64,000 bases of DNA from Epithemia pelagica. Its lineage: Eukaryota; Protista; Bacillariophyta. Location of the stretch: the NCBI GenBank assembly GCA_946965045.2, contig OX337242.1, positions 1,860,001 to 1,924,000 of the forward strand, in the 5' to 3' direction. Below are positions 1 through 10,465 of the stretch, in pieces. A program made the position numbers and the translations under genes. Below the pieces are notes generated by a model that was not told the origin of the DNA, made no database searches, and saw nothing but the letters and a program-made list of their open reading frames with translations. Numbering within the stretch: position 1 is the stretch's first letter; each line of letters starts with the position of its first letter.

Positions 1-2
1 TC

Positions 3-161
3 GTGGATCACTATACTGGGCACAGTTTGACCACTATGTGTCTGATCGTGGCTTGCTTGTTGTGGACGGCTGCCGCCTTGCAACTTTCCTTTTTGACCGC
101 TCAAGATTGGTCGACCCTTGCTTCTCGGTTTGGTTGGCGTTCTCAAAGCAATCCATCCTGA
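3..161 (+). CDS. Possible 3' end of a membrane-protein gene running in from the left edge
   Basis: Frame 3 is open from the edge to TGA 159-161 and reads ...TMCLIVACLLWTAAALQLSFLTAQDWSTLASRFGWRSQSNPS*, with one hydrophobic helix. No recognisable motif. Confidence 0.25.
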   Translation: MDHYTGHSLTTMCLIVACLLWTAAALQLSFLTAQDWSTLASRFGWRSQSNPS

Positions 162-769
162 AACGCAATGTCACATAAAAACATGGACCACTAGAATTGG
201 AACCATCACGTACATACACTCTAACCACGACCAAGGGACACTGCGAACATGTGAAAGAGACGAACTCTTAGTTCCTGTAGTATGCCATTAAGGAGTACTC
301 ACTGCTCGAGAATTGGTGGGGGCCGTCAGTGACTGGGACGACGCTACAGTTTGTTCTGTTCTTCTTTTGTGGTTGTTGGTCTGACTACGTTTAGTTGGCC
401 TCAACCAATCGCAGTTCCAGGATGCGTCATTTCTGGGCAGTGGACTTATTTCGATTTGTCCTATCAATGAGCTACCATGGGGACATGTCTCCTACATCTC
501 ACCGTACCTGTAGGCATGTTGCTTCCCTAGTAATGGACAGTTTGGATCTTTCCCTCAGCATCTCTTCAAGATTCTCTTCTTTTCTAAGCCCAGGAACGAG
601 AAACTTCCTGTTGAACAGAGGGCGCAGGCCATGATTCCCCTCATTGTTCAACTCTCGTGTGATGACGGTCATCAACACGATGATTACGTATTTGGAATCG
701 GCTACAATTAAGAATGATATTGATTCGTCAACGTTTTCGCCCATTCCGAAACCAATAAAAGCCCTCTAC

Positions 770-2067
770 CTAGACACCATTGAAGACCCAATCTGAAAAC
801 TCTTTCGACCATGGCTCTGCTTGAATGTTCTTGTACACCTTCTCAGCACGATCCCACTGGTCATCCCAAATCCTTCTCACTCGTGGAAGTCGTTCCTTTT
901 CAAAGTCTTTAAGCAATGTTTCAATTACAGCTTTTGTCGGATTCGTCCCTCGAATTTCTCTGAGATGGCGACAAAGGACGGCGCTATCTTCAAATGCCAT
1001 GGAGCCACCTTGCCCGGAAGCTGGTCTCATGCCTGTACAGTTCACAGACGGGGTTAGATTGGTACAAACGAATCTCTGAGCGTGTCATACAAGTAAGATT
1101 GCCTACCATGGGCAGCGTCACCAATCAACGTGATTCGGCCTTTGCCTCCCCATCCGTTTTTGTCATCTTTTGGCAGATCGACCACCTTCAGTTTGACCGC
1201 GTAATTTAATCCATCCTTCTGGCACAACTGTAGAATTGCATTGATTTCTTGCAATTCTTCAGGACTCTCTGCAAATCGCTCGAGGAACTTCTGAGGACTC
1301 GTTACGTCATCAACCGATTCTTGGATCTTTGCACAATTCAAGTTTGCTGTAAAGGCCATGGTTCCAGGGAGTTTGTCGTGGAAGTTGAAAAGAGCATAGT
1401 TCATCGGACCTCGCAAGCGGGTCCCCATGGGAGCAACTGGTATGTTCAAGAACGGACGCAGCAGTTCCGCTTCCTCGCTGTTATCGCTTTCGCTAACAGA
1501 AAGACGAGTGCGCCATGTAAGTATTTTCGGCCACTGTGCCTTGGGCAGTTTTAAGTGGTCTCGAACGCATGAGTTGACTCCATCAGCTCCAATCAACGCC
1601 AACCCTTCCAAGGTCAAAGTCTTATATGAGTCACTCGAAGTGCTTCCCTTGTTTTCTTCCGTTCTTTCTTCGTTCCGTTTCTCTATGGTGACTCTCACAC
1701 AATCGTGCCCATCGACAATTTCTTTGGTGTTACACCCGAGGTGCAATTCGATGGAAGGATTAGCTTCGACTCGTTTCAGCAAAGCGTCGCGACAGTTCCA
1801 CCATGCTACCATAGTACCCCCTGTCTGTGGTATTTCCAGACCAGCCTCTCTCAAATCGTCCGTGATTCCATCATAGAGTTCATCCAGTGCCTTTTTCCCA
1901 TTTCGTTGCACGCCCAGCGTTGCACCAGTTCGGCTAAAATCGACTTGGCGCTCGATCAGAGCAACGGAATAGCCTGCGTTGGCGAGTCCCAGAGAAAGAG
2001 AAAGACCTGCCAATCCAGCACCCACGATAATGATTGTGTTGTTCGCCTCAGTAATGAGGACTGTCAT
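770..2067 (-). CDS. FAD-dependent monooxygenase (UbiH/salicylate hydroxylase/zeaxanthin epoxidase-like), 2 exons
   Basis: Motifs IIIVGAGLAGL (GxGxxG), LIGADGVNS (DG motif) and ITLIGDAAH. The 74-bp intron 1106-1033 (GTAGG...TACAG) joins GDAAH-G-MRPASGQGGSMAFEDS in frame to ORF 770..1045. First ATG is at 2067. Confidence 0.9.
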
Positions 2068-2765
2068 GTTGACTGTTGACCGGTTCAAGAGGATGGTATC
2101 AAGTAACTACTCCGTATTTGTAATCCTCGTCCACATTCTCGTTCCAACTTCCAACACTGAGTCAATCTCATTGCAATCCCCATCGCTGGGTGCGTGTGCG
2201 TTGTCCAGCTTCAGTTCGACGTAAACAAATCCCTTTTCTTTTAGTCACGATTTTTCACCGCGGAGGAGTTCTAGGTAGAGACGGCTATGGGCACGATGCA
2301 TGAAGGTAGCAAGAGAAAACCCAACCAAAACTAGATAGGTAGTTAGATTCGCTACTTGTAGTCTCATTGCATCGAATAACCCCTTATTTGATAAGACTTG
2401 GCTTGCCATTAGAGTTGGAGCTTTGGTGGGACTAAGTCTAAGCTTAGGGACTGCACTCCTTCATTCGAGCAAAAGCAGGCAGGCCACAGTCGGTGCGAAG
2501 GCTGCGATTCTCTCACTTCTCTCTCGTTTCGACCAATGCAATGCGAAGCATATAGACAACGTGAGGGAGTGCGAAACGAATTTGATGCTCGTTAGAAATT
2601 CTACGATTCTTGTTCAAATTGATTCGCCATACGTTGAATGCATCATCTTGGATCATAACAGGATGGCCATTTGTACCGTCACATAAGCCATTGCTGTCAT
2701 TTTCTGATTATTATCATAATGCTGTATTATGGACTGGTTCTCTGTCTACCTTCTGAAGTTCGCGT

Positions 2766-4520
2766 TTACCCCTCCATATGACGTGTTTCGTGAACCTCCC
2801 ATTTGACCCCGTCTGTCCTGGCTTCTGGCTTTCTGTTCTGATTGTTCTTGTCACTGTCGTTGGACCTTTGCAAGGGCTCTTGTTCCCTAATGCTATGTAC
2901 CACCACGGTTGGTGTGTCGGTACAAGAATTTTGTGGAGCAGCGACGGCCAAGGAGACAAGCGTGTGTTGATACATGTCGGCCAATGAGGACGAGACTGTG
3001 GGGGCTGCCATTGTGGTTCCATTCTCACTGTCTGCCAAGGAAAAGGGATCCGTAAAGGCATCCACAAGGGGTTGGAGACTGGACGTCCAGAATACATGGA
3101 CCACCCAGTCCCACCACCATTGCAGGGGATCCAACCACGACCACCCTCGAACTGCATGCGTAACTATGCCCTGAATCACATGAATTTCGTTGGGCATACC
3201 GCCCTTGTTCTTGACACCGTCCAGGTGGCGGTACAAGGACTGGCCAAACTCTGCCCTCTCCTCCTCGCTACTGTTTACGGTGTTGGTGTCGTTTCTTGAC
3301 AAACGAGAACTTGAACCTGTGGGTGGTGTGGTGACAATCAATCGCGGTGACGGTGGCTGTTTTGGGTGATGTGGTGGTGCCTTTGTAAACAAGGATTGGT
3401 GATGTCGGCTCAACTGGTTGCTCACTGTCGCCCAAAGGGGACCCAAGGCAAATGGGAACGTGCCACCGTCTTTTTTATTGCCTGTGACACAGCACTCCAC
3501 TGATTGATGATCCGTGGTTGGAGGTGGGAGGAGCAACAACACACGATTCACTCCCACGGTAGGCAATGGAGTTTCGCCCAATGGTGTGTTATTCGTATTT
3601 TGGTGGGATTGTAGGTCTTCGAATGAGCATTGTTCGTCCTCCTGAACAAGGACACCTCGGACCTTGTCGTTGCCCGTTGCTTGTTGAAGCGACTTGACAA
3701 AGTCTTGAACCAACTGGGTGGACTTTTTGATTGTGCATTCAGCGGCCCGCTCCTTTGTCGGTTTCATATGGCTAGTGTCCTCCACCATGACAACCATGAC
3801 CACCACACAGTGACCTTGTTTTAAAATGGAATGAATGACACTGTAGGCATTGGGATACGCTCGTTTCTTGGAGGATGGGGAGGACAACGAGGACATGGAT
3901 GACTTGGTGTGGTTGTTATTGGTTTCCAGTTTCGTTTGCAAGGTCGATTGCAACAGATTCTGTTGAGTTCCATTTGCGTCCTTGGGATCAACCCATAGGG
4001 GCAGGACAACCGTAATGGTTTGTACCAATTGATATTGACTGGTTGGCAAGAGTGATTTCGTAGTAGTGGTCGGAGTAGTACTATCATCATGATGGTAATA
4101 ATACTGTAACAAGTGTGTCACCATTGAGTGTAAGCCATGGTGCAGGGCATATTCCATGGGAGTGCAGTCGGTAAACTGTTCCTTTAGTAACAGCAAGGAC
4201 GACAGGGATGAATGATGAATGTTGTTGTCATTGCCATTCTTGTTGTTGTTGGTAAATTCCTTCTGGTTGTGGCTGCGCTGTTGCTCCAGTTGATAATGAT
4301 GGTGGACCAACACATCCACCACATTGGCATGCCCTTGTCGAAGGGCTTCGAAAATGGGAGCACTCATGTATTCGGGATGTTGAAAGGTTTGGTCGACCTG
4401 TGTTTGTTCCAAGTAATAACGAATCAAGGCCTCTTCATTATCACCACAAGCTCGAAACAAATCTTTCCAATTGCCATGATCATTGTGGTAATGCGAACAA
4501 CGGACCGTGGAGGACGACAT
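2766..4520 (-). CDS. Ankyrin-repeat protein with low-complexity insertions
   Basis: Ankyrin-like segments GNWKDLFRAC..., SAPIFEALRQGHANVVDVLV and TPMEYALHHGLHSMVTHLL. Probable start is MSSSTVRC at 4520, inside ORF 2766..4751. Confidence 0.7.
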   Translation of the reverse strand: MSSSTVRCSHYHNDHGNWKDLFRACGDNEEALIRYYLEQTQVDQTFQHPEYMSAPIFEALRQGHANVVDVLVHHHYQLEQQRSHNQKEFTNNNKNGNDNNIHHSSLSSLLLLKEQFTDCTPMEYALHHGLHSMVTHLLQYYYHHDDSTTPTTTTKSLLPTSQYQLVQTITVVLPLWVDPKDANGTQQNLLQSTLQTKLETNNNHTKSSMSSLSSPSSKKRAYPNAYSVIHSILKQGHCVVVMVVMVEDTSHMKPTKERAAECTIKKSTQLVQDFVKSLQQATGNDKVRGVLVQEDEQCSFEDLQSHQNTNNTPLGETPLPTVGVNRVLLLLPPPTTDHQSVECCVTGNKKDGGTFPFALGPLWATVSNQLSRHHQSLFTKAPPHHPKQPPSPRLIVTTPPTGSSSRLSRNDTNTVNSSEEERAEFGQSLYRHLDGVKNKGGMPNEIHVIQGIVTHAVRGWSWLDPLQWWWDWVVHVFWTSSLQPLVDAFTDPFSLADSENGTTMAAPTVSSSLADMYQHTLVSLAVAAPQNSCTDTPTVVVHSIREQEPLQRSNDSDKNNQNRKPEARTDGVKWEVHETRHMEG

Positions 4521-5124
4521 GAGAAGGAGGGGTTGAAGAATAGTTTGAACAAGCAGACAACACCAACCAAGTCGAACGAAAATTGTGTGTTTGTTTGGAT
4601 CTGTCTGTGAGATATTTTCTCCTTTCTTCAAGTGATAGTCGTCCTTTTTCTCCGTTCCAGCGAGTGATTCCTGACTCGTCCTTGACGGAACATCGACTCT
4701 CTCTGGTTCAAAGCTCTTGGGCTCCTCATGGCCGTGGTGCTGTTCTTGCATGTTCCCACTCGTTCCATGGATGCGTGGGCATCGAGTTCATGACTCGGAA
4801 GAAGATCCGGAACCTCGTCATCCAAATATATATGCGATTCGAAAGCGACTAGGTGGACTCATCGGTCGCATCGACAGAATTTCCATCTGCTAACTACTGC
4901 CAACTGCCAACCACTAGTCTATCAAGACGCACGATGTCGGCCGTGTTGCGTTTGCTCTGCAATGAAAAAATGAAAAAGGATAGAGTGTAGAGTGAAAGAG
5001 GGCAAGAACCAACAATTCATCATGAAGCAAAACGCAACGTAGGAACGATTGTTCCATGATGAGTTTGTATCCCAACATGTACCCCCGACCCCTTCTAGGT
5101 TGCCCTTGAACTCCAAAAGATTAG

Positions 5125-5205
5125 CGACACGTGCAGGACTCGAACCTACGCGGGTGACCCCAATCGATTTCTAGTCGATCGCCTTAACCGCTCGGCCAAC
5201 GTATC
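5125..5205 (-). tRNA. tRNA-Ser(AGA): tRNA-Ser (anticodon AGA)
   Basis: Acceptor stem GATACGT/ACGTGTC with discriminator G; anticodon arm ATCGA-CTAGAAA-TCGAT; long variable arm; T arm GTAGG-TTCGAGT-CCTGC; TTTT Pol III terminator 6 nt downstream. Length 81 nt. Confidence 0.95.
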
Positions 5206-5571
5206 TATTCTCTGTGAAAGGCGATCATCTTAAGGTATACAAAGATCTTTGATTCTTCTCTTAACACGTCGTCACGCAGTGGGGGTTGGATTCTCAAATG
5301 ATTCGGGGTCGCCCGCCATCGTCATGACAAGACGAGCGCGACAGAGGATGAGGAGATAGGAGAGATGATTACAAATTACCTATAGGACAGAACAAACAAC
5401 ACCCCAAAACAAACAAGTCGGACACCGAAGCAGCGTCAGAGTAGCCTTCCAATACTATTGTGTGCCTCTGGGAACAAGAGGTGCTTGGCGATCACGGCTT
5501 GTCTCGTGTCTCCCAACTTCTTCTCCTGCTTCGATCGCCCCGATAACCCTTCTGTGTAACAGGAGAACACA

Positions 5572-7248
5572 ATGATTAGCACTGCTGCAATGTCAAGGTG
5601 GCGGTCGTTTGGATGGAATCGTCGTTGGACCATGCTGTGCACTCTCTTCCTGCTCGCCCACCACTTGGGATCCTGCTCGTCGTCCTCCTCCTCCTCGATC
5701 AAGATACCGATTCATCATCACGAGGCTCGATTGGGTGCCTGTTGGAATGCCGAATCCAATGTCTATCACTGTGCCATGAAAGCATCGCAATGCCAAACTC
5801 GGCATGTCGTACAACAAGGACAAGAAAAAGAAGAAGAGTATGTGGTGCCCGGTGAAACATGGATTCCTCCGTCCGCCTTGCCAAAGGACCATGCCTGTAC
5901 CTGTGCCACAACACCCTTGTGGTCGGGCACTACCTGTCCTCGTCGTACCACCAGCAGCGCCCATGAACCTTGTTGGGCCAATCTCGAACAGCAGAACGAC
6001 GACGACAAGTGTCCAAACGACCAAGAGGAGGCCAAGACGAATATGGCCACCCACACACCATCCATGCAGTGTGGGTGTCAACGTTCTGGAACACTCGAAA
6101 CTACTACAACTACGACTACCTCCACGTCGGCAGTCCCCACGACGACGAAATGGGTAACCTTACAACAGCAACCGCCACCGCACACAACCCAATCAAACGA
6201 CCCGCCATCAGAAGAGGATTGGACCCGGTATGGCACCTGTCAAAATACGAGGAATCCTCACGAGTATTATTGTGCCATCGAACCACAAGCCTGTCAGTAC
6301 GACTTTTCGGCCGATTTGGATCCGACCGGGAGTGTGGCGCCCCATTCATGGATCTCGCCGCACGACATCCACCAGAACCCGAATAACGACCATTCGGCCT
6401 GCACGTGCCATCAAGTTCCGTTGGGTGCCTGTGTGGTCCAATCCCCCGACGACGAGGTCCAGTTTACCTGTGCCGTGTCGGCCGACGATTGTGCCGCATC
6501 GTCCGCATGGCATGTCTATTATCCACCCATTCGTTTTCATTTGTTGCAACAAGTCTTGCATCAACAAGGTCGTCTCGCTCATGTCATGCAGTGTCGCTTG
6601 TGTTGTGGTTCCGAGCAGCAGCAGCAGCAGGAACGACCGACCCATGTCGTCCTGCCCACCACCCCACAGGAGCATTCCGCTCCAAGTACTACAAATGCCA
6701 GCCTGTGGAGTTCCTTGTTGTATCCCAATACGAGTAGCAATACCAGTGATGTCATGGAGACAACCAACGACGACGACAACAACAAGAATAAGGTTCATTG
6801 GATGGTACTGTTGGCCGTGGCCCCACTCCTCTTGTTGGCATTGGCGGGGCGACAATTGTACCTGGTGGCCACACGAGTCTTGGTCCATCCACCTTCCAAA
6901 GCAGATTTACCAAACCCAGATCCGAAAAACTCGCATCCAGCCACGAAACACACAAGCACTGGTTCTCCCACAAACCCACCACAACATGAGGAGGACGAAG
7001 ATGACGACGAACTGTTCAGGGCCGCCACCATTGCGCCCACATGGAAACAACAACAACAACGAAAAAACGGCAAGTCGCTGCAGTTTCAAGACGATGCCGA
7101 GGTGTATGATGCCAAGACGGGGACGCGTCGTCCTCGCTTTGCCCGTGTCTTTGTTCAAGACAAGAAGGACCAAAAGAAGGACCACGAAACGGAGGGGGAA
7201 TCCATGGACGAAATTTCCGCCATGATTGAAGGACTCTTTTCGGAATAG
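5572..7248 (+). CDS. Hypothetical type-I membrane/secreted protein with three Cys-rich modules
   Basis: 558-aa ORF with a signal-like segment (MLCTLFLLAHHLGSC), repeated G-x-C...C-A-x5-C...C-x-C modules, a TM segment (VHWMVLLAVAPLLLLALAG) and a charged tail. Confidence 0.7.
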   Translation: MISTAAMSRWRSFGWNRRWTMLCTLFLLAHHLGSCSSSSSSSIKIPIHHHEARLGACWNAESNVYHCAMKASQCQTRHVVQQGQEKEEEYVVPGETWIPPSALPKDHACTCATTPLWSGTTCPRRTTSSAHEPCWANLEQQNDDDKCPNDQEEAKTNMATHTPSMQCGCQRSGTLETTTTTTTSTSAVPTTTKWVTLQQQPPPHTTQSNDPPSEEDWTRYGTCQNTRNPHEYYCAIEPQACQYDFSADLDPTGSVAPHSWISPHDIHQNPNNDHSACTCHQVPLGACVVQSPDDEVQFTCAVSADDCAASSAWHVYYPPIRFHLLQQVLHQQGRLAHVMQCRLCCGSEQQQQQERPTHVVLPTTPQEHSAPSTTNASLWSSLLYPNTSSNTSDVMETTNDDDNNKNKVHWMVLLAVAPLLLLALAGRQLYLVATRVLVHPPSKADLPNPDPKNSHPATKHTSTGSPTNPPQHEEDEDDDELFRAATIAPTWKQQQQRKNGKSLQFQDDAEVYDAKTGTRRPRFARVFVQDKKDQKKDHETEGESMDEISAMIEGLFSE

Positions 7249-8364
7249 TCATTCTTTTGGGGGGGGGGGAGAGGCGGTGCCCAATGGCTGAGATGATTCT
7301 ACTAGAACTAGATGGTTGGAGGGTTTGTGGCCCTTGGTTGGGGATAGGCCAAGGTAAATCACACACAAGCCCTTGGAAGAGGGAGAACGCATGTGTGTGG
7401 TGCATTTGTGGCTAATGGGAGACCACCCAACCATGGATCGTTCACTCTCACTGGATGATGATGATGATGAATGGGGGGAGAGGGAGTTTGTCGATGGACG
7501 ACGCTCCACAAAAAAGTCCAAATACGATGAGTTTCCTTTTCGTTTCAACCTACCTAGACAGTGCTCTTGAATGTGTGCATTTCAACAAGAAAGGTCTCTA
7601 GCTAGGAGTGTTTCGATTCGATTTCTACATCATGACCACAAGGGCAATATGGTGCCACTTGGAACTTGGAAGGAACTCTAGCTATAGCTACCTACCTAGC
7701 CTCTCTAGCGCCGCTATGTAGATAACAGTACTTCGAAAATTTATGTCAAAAGGCAATAGTAATACTGGGAATAAAACAGGGACTCTCGTAACTGTGTTCT
7801 TGGAATTTAACCATCAAACACACATCCATCATCACATGGTCATGGAGTACAAGGTACAAAGCGTACATACACCTCAATCACCAATCCCATTTCCCATTAC
7901 CCATTAGGTAGCCAGTGGCCAGAAAACAATACGGAATCTTCCATCCAGGGTTCTTGAATTGGGAAGCAATTAATATAACATAAAAGTTGTGGACGGTTCT
8001 TCTATTATTTGTCGAAGATTATCCCCCGAGACACCAAGGCGCGCACCGTAGAGAGCGATGGAAGGGAACAAAAAAAGAGAAATAGAAGAACTTGGAACGA
8101 CGCCTTGCTTTGGCGACAGACAACGGGGAAAGGAGAAGTACTATTCATGCTTCAATATTGTTTATTGTTGGAGAAAAAGCCAACGATGAATGAGCACTCT
8201 GCTCCCTTGTTTCGAGATAAGAGAAGGCACTGAACAACTGGTTGTGTGCAGCACGTAACGTGTTGAGATCATCAGCTTTCGACTAACTGGTCGACCCCTT
8301 CATCTCTGGCTGTGGTGTTTGTAATACGAAGGAGAGCTCTTTCGCAGTTCTCCGCATAAAAGAC

Positions 8365-9529
8365 ATGGTTTCCAATGCGACTCTTTTTCAGGCCTGGAGT
8401 AAGTGCGAGTAGCAAATGAACGCCTTTGCCGCAATGTCAACAAGAACCACTTTCCTTACACCACCTGCTGCATTTGAAAGTGGTCTTTCTCTCCCTCTTG
8501 TTCTGTTTGATTGCAGTCGTTGGACTCTACGTGATGCTCCGTTTGGAATCGAGCGGAGACCAAGAAAAGATTCTCGACTACCAGTTGACCATTTTCTTCA
8601 TGTACCTGTACTTACGTCTTGTCCTTCACTCCATAACGCACAAGATACTCAAGTCTACAAGCCAAATTTATGCCAACATGCCCGATAGTCTGCAGAGCGA
8701 TTGTGCTTTTATGTGCGTAGATGGTCCTTGCTTCTTGATGTGGGCGCCTGTGATTCTGTATTGCGTGATTGTGATCCTCCATGAGCAAGATCTTCAAGCC
8801 GTGAGAGCACGATCCGCTACCTACCAGTTGGATCGCTTCATTCACGTATTCAAGGGGATTCGAGTCGACCGTCTTCTCCATCACTTTCTCTCCTGCGCAT
8901 GGATACTTTTTCATTTGGAATGGACAACGGAACCATTTTTGGACTACTCCTTCATCCTGATTGCTTGGTCCCTTGACGTGTTTGCTCGCATGTGGTATTG
9001 GTGGTGTTTTGTCGCCCGGTTGACACGACGACATGCACGCAAATCCACTGTTTGGAAGCTCCATTCCGGTCAGGGTGCCGATTACATCATCATCCCCAGT
9101 TCTCCACAGCGCATGGCGTTTTACGGAAAACTGGTTTTTCTTTATTTTTGCCTCAACTGGATAACCGCAGTCACTCTGGAAGCCATTTATTTGAACCGGT
9201 ACAAGGATGAGACTCACCTGCTCTGGAAGGTCATACTGTACCCTTTGCCGGCAGTTTTCCTTGTCTTGGACAAGGCATTTGTTGTCAACTTTTCCAAGTA
9301 TGCCAAAGAGAGTTACTGGACGTTTCTGTTAAAGTCGGATCCGCCGGGTGAGAAAGAGAAGGAAGCTACCACAACTTCGCATGACTCCACCGATGACGAT
9401 TCCACCAGCCGAACTAGCACAGCCGACTTGGCATTCAATTCTACTAGCCGAGCCATTCGTATGGACGACATTTTGGAAGAACCCAGCGGCTTTATGACTG
9501 AGAAATGCGGACCTTCGGACAACGTGTAG
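8365..9529 (+). CDS. Multi-pass membrane protein, 2 exons; HH motif loosely reminiscent of TLC domains
   Basis: Exon 1 is 8365-8398 (MVSNATLFQAW-A|). Intron 8399-8480 (GTAAGT...GAAAG) restores ATG-GTC-TTT into ORF 8426..9529. About 6-7 hydrophobic segments and RLLHHFLS. Confidence 0.7.
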
Positions 9530-10019
9530 AGCTTTTTTGACCCTTGAACCACCACACCCGAGTCTCTGGACAATTGGTTGGGCTGCGTCCAGTGGCAATG
9601 GAATCCAGCCTTGTAGCAAGTACCAGTCGGCGGTTTCGTATAATTTCTTCGAGGTCCATCAATGACAACGCCATTCGATCACCATGAAAGAACAATAATT
9701 GATTCATGACTTTGTAGCATGAGCGTGTTAAATTCAATTTTCGCCATGACCTGCCTTTCCCGTCGTTGATCCTCTTCCTTAACAATCATATATAGATCAT
9801 GTTTCTCTACCTCTACTTCTGGACCATTGCAATAATCGTTTGGAAAGAGAACGGACCAAAGACTCCGTCCAGAAAAGGTGATCACCATTGCGGTTTGTTG
9901 GCATGGAGTTTGGGGGGATGTGCGACCCCTCCAACAATGAATAGAGGCTAGGTTTTCAGTAATCTCACTTTGATATCTATGGAAATTTCGGCAAAATCCA
10001 GAGGGGGTGGACATGGGAT

Positions 10020-10400
10020 CAGGGTCTGGAATTCAAAAAGTGGGACTTTAATGACTTTAGGGAATGTAACTTAAATTTAGCTTGAATTAAGCCATTCAAT
10101 TGAAATCCTCCTCCTTTACTTTCATTGAATTTCACAATCCACTCAACTCAATACCGATTTTTTCTTGGATTCACTATTCCGATTCAAGTCTCATCATCTC
10201 AGACGGGGAATGTCAATTCCCTAATTCAATTCCCAATTCTCTAAAATAGACACTTCCCAATTCCATTCAATTCACTTTATCAGACGATATCAATTCCCAA
10301 TCCAATCCAATTCCTTCTTACTCACTATAAGAATTTGAGAATCCAATCAATTTTCTCCTACGCACAGATGGAATTACCATTCTCCCCCCAATGTGTCATG
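10020..10400. repeat. Left subterminal CAATTC(CC) motif array of the hAT element
   Basis: Multiple CAATTCCC/CAATTC motifs, mirrored by GGGAATTG motifs at the right end. Confidence 0.6.
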
Positions 10401-10465
10401 TGAATTACGTTTCTATACAATATCACACAGTGACCCTACCTTCAACCGCCTCATCTTTGTGACTT

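Noticed and set aside
499-744. 81-aa ORF immediately downstream of the monooxygenase
   Set aside because: No motif, and no convincing acceptor for its GTACGG donor.
4628-4852. Short minus-strand ORFs between the ankyrin gene and the tRNA
   Set aside because: They start at TTG or lack motifs, and I found no consistent splice path to the ankyrin gene.
9679-10014. Minus-strand ORF starting in the hAT TSD (CRNFH...CWRG, CCCH-like), suggesting an interrupted gene
   Set aside because: Rejoining the empty site by hand gave stops close to the junction in the frames checked on both strands, and the CCCH spacing is incomplete.
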